From assembly GCA_963665115.1 (NCBI GenBank), contig OY762007.1, positions 4,832,001 to 4,896,000 of the forward strand: a stretch of DNA of 64,000 nucleotides, written 5' to 3'. Below, one piece after another: positions 33,445-43,261 of the stretch (positions are counted from its first letter, which is position 1; each line of letters starts with the position of its first letter). This DNA comes from an uncultured Rivularia sp. Lineage in GTDB: Bacteria; Cyanobacteriota; Cyanobacteriia; Cyanobacteriales; Nostocaceae. The notes below the pieces were generated by a model. It was not told where the DNA came from, searched no databases, and worked only from the letters and a program-made list of their open reading frames with translations. Position numbers and translations under genes: made by a program.

Positions 33445-34007
33445 GGTAAAAAAGAAAGAAACTATCAAACTGGGGCGAAAAGATTGGATTGGACAAGGAT
33501 TAAAAGTTTTAGGAGAAAGTGGTGTGGAAGCGGTACGAGTGGAAACCCCTGGCAAAATTAATGGATGTAACAAAAGGTAGCTTTTATTGGCATTTTAAAA
33601 ATCGAGATGAATTGTTAGAGGCGCTTTTGCAGGAATGGGTAAATAGTCAAACAAAAGGTATTATTCAACAAGTGGAAGGGAAAGATGGTGATGCGATCGC
33701 CAAGTTGATGGATTTGTTTGAACTGGCAATTGAGGATGATGGTAAAGTCGAAAATGCAATCCGGGCTTGGGCTACAAACGATGTCAAAGCTGCCAATATT
33801 TTGGCTGAGGTTGATTCGCATCGTTTGGAGTATACGCGAGATTTATTTTTACAAGTTGGATTTTCTGGAATTGATGCGATGGTGCGTGCCCGAATGGCTT
33901 ATTACACATTGGTAGTTGGTGAATTTACTGTCGGTACCAGAATGAATCAAGCTGAAAGATTGACTGAGGCAAGATTGCAGCACGCTATTCTTACTCGTCG
34001 GGATTGA
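33443..34007 (+). CDS. TetR/AcrR family regulator with a +1 frameshift near 33544
   Basis: ATG 33443 gives MVKKKETIKLGRKDWIGQGLKVLGESGVEAVRVE; removing one A joins it to PLAKLMDVTKGSFYWHFKNR. Confidence 0.88.
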
Positions 34008-34248
34008 ATTAAATTATTACTTTTATCTCTCTTTATCTCTTTCTTCCGCGCTCTTTGCGCTCTCTGCGGTTTTTGAAATCAACGATCTTCTGACTTAATA
34101 GCAGCTATACCTGAATCCTTTTTGGAGGTAGAATTAATCCGTGGGGTATCCACAATTCTGGGAGACGTAGCAGTGCTACGTCTCTACATCAGTGTTATGT
34201 TTTGATTTAAATTTTATTTATTCTAGTTATCAATAATTATTAATAAAT

Positions 34249-35850
34249 ATGGCAATAGCAATCGATTTTGGCACTAGTAATACCGTTATTGCTCGTTGGA
34301 ACCCGGTAACTCAGCAGCCAGAAAATTTAAATATACCGGAATTATCTATTCAACAAGGTTTAAATCCACCGTTAATTCCTAGTTTGTTATATGTGGAAGA
34401 TGCTTCAAAATCGCGAGTTTTAGTTGGGCAGCAGGTAAGAAATCGCGGTGTTGATATAAAAGGTGATTCGCGATTTTTCCGCAGTTTTAAACGTGGAATT
34501 GGTGCTGATATTCAAGGTTTTTTGCCTGAATTAGATGGACATAATATTACTTTTGAGCAAGTTGGGGAATGGTATTTACAAAAAGTAATTGAACAATTAT
34601 CTTCTATGGAAGGTGGTTTGGATTCCTTAGTATTAACCGTTCCCGTAGATAGTTTTGAGGCTTATCGTCACTGGTTGGGAAAGGTTTGCGAATCGCTACC
34701 CGTGGAACAGGTACGGATGCTCGATGAACCGACAGCAGCGGCTTTGGGATATGGTTTGACAGAAGAAGATTTGTTACTAGTAGTTGACTTTGGCGGCGGA
34801 ACTTTAGATTTATCTTTGGTGCGTTTAGATAAAAGCGTACAGCAAACAAATAAAAAACCTTTGGGATTTTTACTTAAGTTTGGCAATAAGTCATTAGCAG
34901 AAGATTCCAAACAAAAGGTGAAAACAGCTCGCGTACTTGCAAAAGCCGGTCAAAATTTAGGCGGTACGGATATTGATAATTGGTTAACGGATTACTTCGC
35001 AAAAACTCAAGATTTAGCGATAAGTCCTTTGACAACAAGATTAGCCGAAAAAGTTAAAATTCAGCTTTCCACGCAAAATCAAGCCAGCGAAGTTTATTTC
35101 AACGACGAAACATTTGAAAGTTACGAATTGGAATTAAACCGCGATACTTTTGAAGCTATTTTGCAAGAACATTCGTTTTTTGCAATGCTTGACGAGTCAA
35201 TGGCACAATTATTGCAGCAAGCACGACGGCAGGGAATAGAAGTTGCAGATATTAACGCCGTTTTGTTAGTTGGCGGTACCTCGCAAATTCCCGCCGTGCA
35301 GACATGGATAAAAAATTACTTCGATGCCGATAAAATTCGTAGCGAACAAGCTTTTGAAGCCATTGCCCACGGAGCATTACAATTAGCTCAAGGTTTTGAA
35401 ATCAAAGATTTTCTCTATCACAGCTATGGAATCCGTTACTGGAATCGTCAGCAAAACCGCCATAGTTGGCATCCGATTGTAAAAGAAGGGCAGCCTTACC
35501 CGATGAATAAACCAGTAGAACTATATTTGGGTGCTTCCTTAGAAAATCAACCCAGCATAGAATTAATTATCGGAGAATTGGGAGCAGAATCCGGCGGCAC
35601 CGAAGTTTATTTTGATGGCGATCGCCTAATTACCCGACGTGCAGAAAGCAGCGAAACCACGGTAAAACCACTCAACGACAGCGATGGTGCAAAAAATATT
35701 GCTAATCTTACACCACCAGGATTTCCAGGAAGCGATAGAGTTAAGGTATTTTTAGAAGTTGATAGTGAAAGATTTTTAAGAATTACCGTTGAAGATTTAT
35801 TAGCTGGTGAAACTTTGTTAGAAAACCAAATTGTAGCTCAGTTGAGTTGA
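34249..35850 (+). CDS. Hsp70 (DnaK-like) family protein
   Basis: IDFGTSNT, EPTAAAL, DFGGGTLD and LVGGTSQIP motifs; lacks a canonical DnaK lid. Confidence 0.92.
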   Translation: MAIAIDFGTSNTVIARWNPVTQQPENLNIPELSIQQGLNPPLIPSLLYVEDASKSRVLVGQQVRNRGVDIKGDSRFFRSFKRGIGADIQGFLPELDGHNITFEQVGEWYLQKVIEQLSSMEGGLDSLVLTVPVDSFEAYRHWLGKVCESLPVEQVRMLDEPTAAALGYGLTEEDLLLVVDFGGGTLDLSLVRLDKSVQQTNKKPLGFLLKFGNKSLAEDSKQKVKTARVLAKAGQNLGGTDIDNWLTDYFAKTQDLAISPLTTRLAEKVKIQLSTQNQASEVYFNDETFESYELELNRDTFEAILQEHSFFAMLDESMAQLLQQARRQGIEVADINAVLLVGGTSQIPAVQTWIKNYFDADKIRSEQAFEAIAHGALQLAQGFEIKDFLYHSYGIRYWNRQQNRHSWHPIVKEGQPYPMNKPVELYLGASLENQPSIELIIGELGAESGGTEVYFDGDRLITRRAESSETTVKPLNDSDGAKNIANLTPPGFPGSDRVKVFLEVDSERFLRITVEDLLAGETLLENQIVAQLS

Positions 35851-35983
35851 ATTTGGGGATTGGTCCGTAGTTGCGCTTTAGCGCCAAAAATCTTGAGTAA
35901 CAATTGGTAATTGGTAATAATATTCTTGTGGGATGGGCATCCTTGCCTGTCCGATTTAGGTGTTGAAATTTGCAATAACAGTC

Positions 35984-36568
35984 ATGCAAACTACAGAAAC
36001 TACTATCGAACTTCGTCTGTGGACAGTCGAGGAATACCATCGGATGGCAGAAGCTGGTATTTTTGATGAAGACGAACGAGTTGAGCTTTTAGAAGGAAAA
36101 ATTATTTGTAAAGATAAAATAGGAACTGTACATCGTTCCGCTACAGGAAGAATCAATTATTTATTACAAAATTGGCTAGAAAATCAAGCTTGGATATTAG
36201 TAAAAAATTCAATACAGTTAGATAATTATTCAGAACCAGAACCAGATATTGCAGTTGTAAAAATCGACTCATTAGACTACGCAGGCCACCATCCTACAGC
36301 AGATGAAGTTTATTTAGTTATCGAAGTTGCCGATACTACCTTTAAAAAAGATTGCGAAACAAAAGGGAAAGCTTACGCAGCAGCAGGTATTATAGATTAT
36401 TGGGTTTTAGATGTAATTAATCGTCAACTTCATGTATTTAGAGAAGCTTCGGATAATGGTTATAAAAGTGAAGTGATATTAAAGGAAAATGAGAGTATTT
36501 CGCCTTTAAATTTTCCAGATTTTAATATTGATATTTTTAAAATGCTACCGCCAGTGGTTGGTAAATGA
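35984..36568 (+). CDS. Uma2 family (PD-(D/E)XK) endonuclease-like protein
   Basis: WTVEEYHRM…ELLEG, EPEPD, IEVADTT, YA.AGI.DYW. Confidence 0.9.
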   Translation: MQTTETTIELRLWTVEEYHRMAEAGIFDEDERVELLEGKIICKDKIGTVHRSATGRINYLLQNWLENQAWILVKNSIQLDNYSEPEPDIAVVKIDSLDYAGHHPTADEVYLVIEVADTTFKKDCETKGKAYAAAGIIDYWVLDVINRQLHVFREASDNGYKSEVILKENESISPLNFPDFNIDIFKMLPPVVGK

Positions 36569-36623
36569 TACTCAATTAAATGCATATTCTAGTTCTTTCA
36601 ATCCCCACCATGCTATAAAAATT

Positions 36624-36851
36624 TCATGCTTCAATTAAAGGTAATTCACGTTCGGTAACTGCGGAGGCTGCATAACTGAGAGCTTCTTTAATATCTTCTG
36701 CTTGCAAATCTGGTAAAGCTTTCATTATTTCTTCGTCTCGCATTCCTTCAGCAAACATTCCCACAACAGTGGCAACCGGAATTCGTAATCCTTTAATACA
36801 AGGAACTCCACTCATCTGATTTGGATTTACTGTAATGCGCGTAAATTTCAT
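36624..36851 (-). CDS. DUF433 family protein (antitoxin-like)
   Basis: ITVNP..MSGVPCIKGLRIPV…PDL..EDI.EAL.YA. Confidence 0.88.
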   Translation of the reverse strand: MKFTRITVNPNQMSGVPCIKGLRIPVATVVGMFAEGMRDEEIMKALPDLQAEDIKEALSYAASAVTERELPLIEA

Positions 36852-36898
36852 AATGTTTTTGAGCTTTTTTAGCCGATCGGTATTTGCTCCACGATAAA

Positions 36899-37915
36899 TC
36901 AAATAGAATAATAAAGCGGAAAAGATTTAGCGTCTTTCGGCTTAACATAAACCCGTTGCTGGGGTTCTAAATTCAACTCATCAAATCTATCTCTGGTCAA
37001 ATGAGCGCTTACAACTTGTCCGTCATCTAATGTCAACTCTACTTGAATTTCCCAACCTAAATGTATTAATCTACTGATTCTAGCGGGAACTGTAGTTCCG
37101 TTAGGGGAAGTTTCTACTATTACATCTTGGGGACGCAAAAACATTTCCGACTGAGGAGAATCAAATCCGTTACTTTGGAATATGCCAGAAGTACTTGGTA
37201 AGACGTTCACCGGACCAATAAAACTCATTACAAATGCTGTAGCGGGATGGTCGTAAATCTCTGCTGGTGTACCAATCTGCTCGACTTGACCTTTGTTCAT
37301 TACCACAATTTCGTCGGAGACTTCCATCGCTTCTTCTTGGTCGTGGGTGACGAATACCGTGGTAACGTGGACTTCATCGTGTAATCTCCGCAACCAAGCA
37401 CGTAAATCTTTACGAACTCTTGCATCGAGCGCTCCGAAGGGTTCGTCTAATAGCAATACTTTGGGTTCTACCGCTAAAGCTCTTGCTAATGCAATTCTTT
37501 GTCTTTGTCCCCCCGAAAGCTGGGATGGATATCTGTCACCGAGTCCGCTTAATTGAACTAAATCTAATAATTCATCAACTCTAGCTTTGATTTTCGCTTT
37601 TGGTGCTTTGCGAATTTCTAAGCCAAAAGCAATATTTTTCCTTACCGTCATATGCTTGAACAAAGCGTAATGTTGAAACACAAAACCTATGTTTCGCTCT
37701 TGCACGCTTTGATATGTGGCATCCTTGCCAGTTAACAAGATTTTGCCGCTATCTGGCATTTCCAAACCGGCAATTAGTCGTAACAGAGTAGACTTTCCCG
37801 AACCAGAAGGTCCCAACAAAGCCACCAGCGAGCCGCTTTTGATTTCCAAGCTGACATTATCAACGGCTTTAAAACTGCCAAACTGCTTGCACGCGCTTTC
37901 AACTACTATGCCCAC
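36899..37915 (-). CDS. cysA: Sulfate ABC transporter ATP-binding protein
   Basis: [34 protein letters not shown] and a C-terminal TOBE-like domain. Confidence 0.92.
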   Translation of the reverse strand: MGIVVESACKQFGSFKAVDNVSLEIKSGSLVALLGPSGSGKSTLLRLIAGLEMPDSGKILLTGKDATYQSVQERNIGFVFQHYALFKHMTVRKNIAFGLEIRKAPKAKIKARVDELLDLVQLSGLGDRYPSQLSGGQRQRIALARALAVEPKVLLLDEPFGALDARVRKDLRAWLRRLHDEVHVTTVFVTHDQEEAMEVSDEIVVMNKGQVEQIGTPAEIYDHPATAFVMSFIGPVNVLPSTSGIFQSNGFDSPQSEMFLRPQDVIVETSPNGTTVPARISRLIHLGWEIQVELTLDDGQVVSAHLTRDRFDELNLEPQQRVYVKPKDAKSFPLYYSI

Positions 37916-38166
37916 TGTTCAAAAATCCTCTGCAACTAATCTACGGTTTGTTGGTAGAGATACCGTATTTTATATATACCACAGTATGGATTTTGGATTT
38001 TAACAACGGATGCTTTTGTTTTGGATTGTAGGATGTGTAACGGTATGAACAATGCTAGGAAAATAAAGACAATACTGTTTTAGCCGTAACGCACCACCAT
38101 CGATTAAATAGCTGACTATTAATTAAAATAAAATTATTACAGTAATTATAAAAGCCATTAATTATT

Positions 38167-38916
38167 ATGACGGCTGCAAAAAATTCGGAAGCGCTTACTA
38201 AATTGACTGTACTAAGAGAACCAGAAAATATTATCATTCCACCATGTAACTTAGAAAGTGATGAACCGCCTTTGGAAAGTGATTTACACCGGGATCAAAT
38301 TGAGTTATTGTTAGCTTCTCTCAAGTGGTTGTGGCAGGAACGCAATGATTATTACGCTACTGGTAATTTGACGATTTATTACAGCGAAGAGCATATTACC
38401 ACGCGGGATTTTAGAGGACCAGATTTTTTTGTGGTGTTAGGTACCCAAAATCGTCCCCGTCGCAGTTGGATGTTATGGGCTGAAGAAGGTAAATATCCAA
38501 ATGTAATTGTGGAATTGCTTTCCAACAGTACTCAAAAAGTTGATAAAACGACAAAAAAAGAACTTTACCAAGATACCTTTCGCACTCCAGAATATTTTTG
38601 GTTTCATCCAGAAACTTTAGAATTTCAAGGTTTTCGTTTGATGTCTAGTAAATATCAACCGATAAAAGCAACTCAGGAAGGATGGTTGTGGAGCGAGCAA
38701 TTAGAGTTGTTTTTGGGAGTTAGCGATTCAAAGCTAAGGTATTTTACTCAAGATAAACAGTTGGTTGTAACACCTGAAGAAAGAGCGATGGTAGCGCAAC
38801 AGCAAGTTGAAGCAGCACAACAACAAGTTAAGGAAGAACGAAAACAAAAGGAAATTGCACAGCAACGAGTAGAAGCATTACTGGCTAAGTTGAAAGATTT
38901 AGGAATCGAACAGTGA
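38167..38916 (+). CDS. Uma2 family protein with a coiled-coil tail
   Basis: SDEPPLESDLH, GPDFFVV, VELLS.ST and PEYFWF motifs. Confidence 0.9.
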   Translation: MTAAKNSEALTKLTVLREPENIIIPPCNLESDEPPLESDLHRDQIELLLASLKWLWQERNDYYATGNLTIYYSEEHITTRDFRGPDFFVVLGTQNRPRRSWMLWAEEGKYPNVIVELLSNSTQKVDKTTKKELYQDTFRTPEYFWFHPETLEFQGFRLMSSKYQPIKATQEGWLWSEQLELFLGVSDSKLRYFTQDKQLVVTPEERAMVAQQQVEAAQQQVKEERKQKEIAQQRVEALLAKLKDLGIEQ

Positions 38917-39126
38917 ACAATTATCAATTATCAATCTTTAACTGTAGATTAACATTTACTGACTTCTTACACCATTATTAACTAGCCCTCAAAACCTATA
39001 AACTTCATACGTTGAAACGTACTAAAAAGTTTACTCAGTCTGATTTATCAGACTTTGCCTATTAGCCTGGGAATTCATTCCAAGGCGGTTATTGTAACTG
39101 GTACGAGATGTCAGATTTATCAACTA

Positions 39127-39393
39127 TCAAGCAAAGAACCATAATATTATATTCAAACTTATTAAAACGGCTAAAAGTACGCCATTTACTATAAAATCGT
39201 GTTTGTGCTGTTTAAATTTTCTTTCAAATAAAGCTCCTCCGGTGGTAAATAAAAAACCTTTTATGGGTTTGGGGATTTTGTCATAATAAGGTTTGTAGCG
39301 CAGCAAATTTATAATTAGTTGAACTGTTCCGAAAAAGGTGATTCCGAAAAGCCCTAAACGGAAGATGCTGTATAGATTAAAGTAGTTCTCCAT
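39127..39393 (-). CDS. Small two-TM hypothetical protein coupled to the upstream gene
   Basis: TAATG stop/start overlap with the DUF1232 gene. Confidence 0.7.
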   Translation of the reverse strand: MENYFNLYSIFRLGLFGITFFGTVQLIINLLRYKPYYDKIPKPIKGFLFTTGGALFERKFKQHKHDFIVNGVLLAVLISLNIILWFFA

Positions 39394-40415
39394 TAGATGT
39401 GTTTGAGGATTATTTTTACGGCGATCGCCAATATTGCTGCGATGATACTACCAGTTAATGTGATTCTGACAATGCGGTTATATTTCCGCACTTCTATATC
39501 GGCTAATTCTTCTGCAACTTCAATTCCTTTACTTGCTGATTGCTTAGCATATTTACTCACCTCGAAAGCTAAGGTAGAGGCAACGGAAACAATCACCGCG
39601 ACATCATCTGTAAGTCCTAATACGGGAATTACATCGGGAATCGCATCGAAAGGAGAAATCAGATAAAGCAAAGAACCGATTGCTAATGCTTTTGATGTCC
39701 AAGCAGCTTTAGGATCTAAAACCATTTGGAATAATGATTGAATTTTTGGCCAAATTTCTTTAATAGGACCTCGATTCATTGACGGTAATTTTTCGGTAAT
39801 TTTCTGAATATCTTTTTGAATATTCTGCGGATTAACAGATTTAACCAGTTTATTAAATATATTCTTGATTTTATCGGAATTACTCGCGGTTTTTAACCTT
39901 TCATCAACTTCTTCAATCGCTTCTTCTGTTTTTACTACTTCTTTTTCTTTTTGAGTTAACTGACTAAATAACTTTTTTATTTTATTGGAACTGGTTTTTG
40001 AACTTGTTTTTACTGGTGGTTCGCTTATAATCACCGGGTTAACTTCTTCAATCGTATTTTCAATAGTAGATTCAGCCGTAACATCCGCATTTTTCTTAAA
40101 TACATTTTGTATAATCGATTGCAATCTATTTTCTTTCTTAACTTCTTTGTTATTTTCGGTTTCTACTTGTGGATTAATTGGTTCGACATCTGATGCAATT
40201 TCTGTTTTAATTTCAGCTTCTTCTTTGGCTGTTTGATCCGAATGCGAGTCTTTGCGGAACTTACTCCATACTTGTTTAATAAATCCCTTTTCTGTTTCCG
40301 AAGATATTTCATCTGGAGGTGATGGTTGGATATCTATCGTTATTGGGTTCTCTATTTCATCCGATTCTTGTTTCGTTTTTCCAAAAAGCCTATCCTTGAT
40401 TCCCATACCCATCAC
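39393..40415 (-). CDS. YkvA/DUF1232 family protein with a long charged N-terminal extension
   Basis: LLYLISPFDAIPDVIPVLGLTDD motif. Confidence 0.85.
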   Translation of the reverse strand: MMGMGIKDRLFGKTKQESDEIENPITIDIQPSPPDEISSETEKGFIKQVWSKFRKDSHSDQTAKEEAEIKTEIASDVEPINPQVETENNKEVKKENRLQSIIQNVFKKNADVTAESTIENTIEEVNPVIISEPPVKTSSKTSSNKIKKLFSQLTQKEKEVVKTEEAIEEVDERLKTASNSDKIKNIFNKLVKSVNPQNIQKDIQKITEKLPSMNRGPIKEIWPKIQSLFQMVLDPKAAWTSKALAIGSLLYLISPFDAIPDVIPVLGLTDDVAVIVSVASTLAFEVSKYAKQSASKGIEVAEELADIEVRKYNRIVRITLTGSIIAAILAIAVKIILKHI

Positions 40416-40537
40416 CTCATATTCACAGTCACTTACTAAATATAAGCAAATATTCTGCGACCATGCATCAAACTAAGTGAATGTAAATGAACTATTGCTA
40501 GATTTATCAAAAATCTATCTTTAGTAGGAAGATATTT

Positions 40538-41326
40538 TTACTTCGACTCGCAGGCAATCCCATCATTGTCCCTATCCTTCTTACTAGCCCAGGGGTTGAT
40601 AGCAACGTCAATATTTTTGATACCTCGTGCCCTTAATTCTTTACAGGTACCAGATTGTTGAGGAATAACTTCACCAGAGCTTGTAGTAACTCGCTGCTTT
40701 TTATCAACGGGGGTAGATTTGGCATCTGTAGGGTTTTTCGCCACCGTACAGAATTGACTTCTATACTCTTCTACTAAACCTTCCGCTCTTTCGGGATAAT
40801 CAGCAATACTTTTTTTCACCGCTTGTCTAATTTGCTTTCTGCTCAAACCCTGCAAACTTTGAGGATTGTAGTTTGCGATCGCGATTGTCGCGACTTGAAT
40901 TTTATATTTTTGATTTACCTTACCGCACCCAATTTTATCGCTAATATCTGCAACTAGCTTATCTACAGAAACTGGCTTTTCAGCAGTAATCTTTGACTTA
41001 ACAACAGTTTTATTAATTACGGGTTTAACAGTCTCTTTGATTGAAGGTGTTGCTTTTAAAGTTGGGATTGATGTTTGTGCTGTAGATTTACCAGCAGGTT
41101 TTTCTGGTTGTATTAATTTAATAACGGGTTTAATTGGCTTGATTTCGGGTACTGCTTTTAAAGTTGGTATTGATGATGGTGCCTCTTCAGGTAGGATGCG
41201 AGATACAGGAGTACTTTCGGCTATAGGCTCTTGTAATTGAGATGATTCAACTGGTTTATTTGTAGAAGTCGAATCGCAAGCAGCAACAGTTAAAGCAATT
41301 ATTGTAAGTATAAAAGTTTTATTCAT
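40538..41326 (-). CDS. Lipoprotein with a C-terminal Excalibur calcium-binding motif
   Basis: Lipobox VAAC; TCKEL…DRDNDGIACE. Confidence 0.82.
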   Translation of the reverse strand: MNKTFILTIIALTVAACDSTSTNKPVESSQLQEPIAESTPVSRILPEEAPSSIPTLKAVPEIKPIKPVIKLIQPEKPAGKSTAQTSIPTLKATPSIKETVKPVINKTVVKSKITAEKPVSVDKLVADISDKIGCGKVNQKYKIQVATIAIANYNPQSLQGLSRKQIRQAVKKSIADYPERAEGLVEEYRSQFCTVAKNPTDAKSTPVDKKQRVTTSSGEVIPQQSGTCKELRARGIKNIDVAINPWASKKDRDNDGIACESK

Positions 41327-41506
41327 GGTGGTTTATTGGTAAATTTACCCAGAGTACATTTACCATAATTATTTTGCGTGTAAAGTGATTTAAATCACTC
41401 TTTATTGCAATTGTTCTAACTGTAGAAGCTCTATATAAGTGATTTAGAAGCGGTAGTTACTCCTTTCCCGTCTCTATTTAAATACCATTCTTGATTCATA
41501 AATTAA

Positions 41507-41577
41507 TGTTGGGTTACGACGAAAAATCAATTGATTGGCGGATAGTTAAATCTTGTCGTGCGTCTAACCCAACCTAC
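41507..41577. repeat. Right half of the GTAGGTTGGGTTAG REP-doublet element
   Basis: TGTTGGGTTACG…GTCTAACCCAACCTAC. Confidence 0.8.
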
Positions 41578-41586
41578 AATTACTAA

Positions 41587-42528
41587 TCAACTAACAACCA
41601 ACGACAAAAACATACATTCCCAAACTAAACGCGGTTGCGCGTAAGAAAGTAAAGCTTTACGGGTTTTTTCAAGCTGTTGAATAATACTTGGTTGTCGGCT
41701 ATTTTGCCAATATGACTGTTGTAAATAATCAACTAACCATAACTGCGCTTCGTTATCTAATTCTTTATCAACTTGTTTCGCTAATTCCAATGCAGAGCGG
41801 TAACTTTTAGGTGCTTGAGTACAAAAGCGCAATAAATCAAGAGGAATATTTTGCATTTGTTCGTAAGCTTCAACCGCTTTTCCCGGACTTCCTGCTGCGA
41901 TACTTAAAACTGTAGGATGATTCAATATTTCGCTATGTCCCGATAATGCCAGTACTTGAGACATTGCGGCAGTATCTAAACAGTAAAAAGGAATTTTTTG
42001 ACACCGAGAAACCAATGTTGTCAAGATAGAATCGGGTGTTGGTGCAATCAAAATCAGCGTTGCTTTTCCCGGTTCTTCCAAGGTTTTGAGTAAAGCATTA
42101 GCAGCTGATTCTGCCATCGTTTCGGCTTGCTCCAACACTACTATATTTCTTGGCGCTTCTAAAGGTGGACGACTGAGAAATTCCGCTATTTGGCGAATTT
42201 GTTCTAAGCGAGTTATGGGGGGTGCTTTACGTTTTAACCCTTTTTCTGCGGCTTCTTCAGCACTGAATAATTTTCCTTGATGTAGATAAGTAGGCTGTAC
42301 CCAAAGTAAATCGGGATGATTCCTTTTTTCTATTTTGCTTTTAACAACAGTAATATCGCGATTATTTTGAGTAAACAGTAATTCCGAGAAGCATTTTGCA
42401 GTTAAACTTCGTCCGATTCCAGGAGAACCCACAAACAAATATGCTGGTGCAATTCTGTCTTTTGCAACAGCTTGTTTTAATAATTCTACAGCTTGGCTTT
42501 GTCCTATAAGCGGTGCGAAGGAATCCAT
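41587..42528 (-). CDS. holB: DNA polymerase III delta' subunit
   Basis: APAYLF.G, HPDLLW, ANALLKTLEEP and T..SRC motifs; downstream of tmk. Confidence 0.94.
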   Translation of the reverse strand: MDSFAPLIGQSQAVELLKQAVAKDRIAPAYLFVGSPGIGRSLTAKCFSELLFTQNNRDITVVKSKIEKRNHPDLLWVQPTYLHQGKLFSAEEAAEKGLKRKAPPITRLEQIRQIAEFLSRPPLEAPRNIVVLEQAETMAESAANALLKTLEEPGKATLILIAPTPDSILTTLVSRCQKIPFYCLDTAAMSQVLALSGHSEILNHPTVLSIAAGSPGKAVEAYEQMQNIPLDLLRFCTQAPKSYRSALELAKQVDKELDNEAQLWLVDYLQQSYWQNSRQPSIIQQLEKTRKALLSYAQPRLVWECMFLSLVVS

Positions 42529-42563
42529 TTTCAGTTATCGCCATATATTCTACTAATGCCCAA

Positions 42564-43214
42564 TTAGCAATTACCAATCCCCCATTCTTCCAATTTAAAA
42601 GTTAATATTTGCTGAATTTGCTTTTGTACTTCTTCTTTACTCAAACCAGCTTCTATTCTAAAATTTCGTTCTGGAGATAAAGCTGCTTGTTCCTTATATC
42701 CTTTTTGGACGCGACGATGAAATTCAATTTTTTCTTGCTCGATTCTATCTGCTTTTTCGCCGGTTTTTCGCTTGCGTGCCATTCCTTGCTCAACGTCTAA
42801 GTCTAACCACAAAGTTAAGTCACTTTTCAATCCCGATGTTGCTATTAAGTTAAGTTGGTCGATTAAATTCATGTCTAAATTACGACCGTAACCTTGATAG
42901 GCTATCGTCGAATCAATATAGCGATCGCACAATATAATTTTTCCCGCTTCCAGATTCGGAAGCAGTTCTTGTTCTACGTGTTGAGAGCGATCGGCGGCGT
43001 ACAATAATAGTTCTGTGGTGGCACTTATTGCTTGATTTTGATTACTTTCCAACAACAAAGAGCGAAGATGCAATCCTAATTGAGTTCCCCCCGGTTCGCG
43101 AGTTGTTACCACGGCTATACTTAAACTTTGCATCCATTCATAACAAAGCTGCATTTGCGTAGTCTTACCGCAACCTTCTACCCCTTCAAAGACAATTAGT
43201 TTACCTTTCATCAC
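42564..43214 (-). CDS. tmk: Thymidylate kinase
   Basis: FEGVEGCGKTTQ, TREPGG and CDRY..S..AYQG motifs. Confidence 0.96.
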   Translation of the reverse strand: MMKGKLIVFEGVEGCGKTTQMQLCYEWMQSLSIAVVTTREPGGTQLGLHLRSLLLESNQNQAISATTELLLYAADRSQHVEQELLPNLEAGKIILCDRYIDSTIAYQGYGRNLDMNLIDQLNLIATSGLKSDLTLWLDLDVEQGMARKRKTGEKADRIEQEKIEFHRRVQKGYKEQAALSPERNFRIEAGLSKEEVQKQIQQILTFKLEEWGIGNC

Positions 43215-43261
43215 GTTAAAGTCTGCTGCCAGTAACTCTTTAACATACCACCTTTACCTTA

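Noticed and set aside
16881..34007. Calling phoD, kinase 2, HEAT paralog 1 and tetR pseudogenes or programmed frameshifts
   Set aside because: Each has a single one-base lesion with no further decay and no canonical slippery heptamer; a sequencing artefact is more parsimonious until reads are checked.
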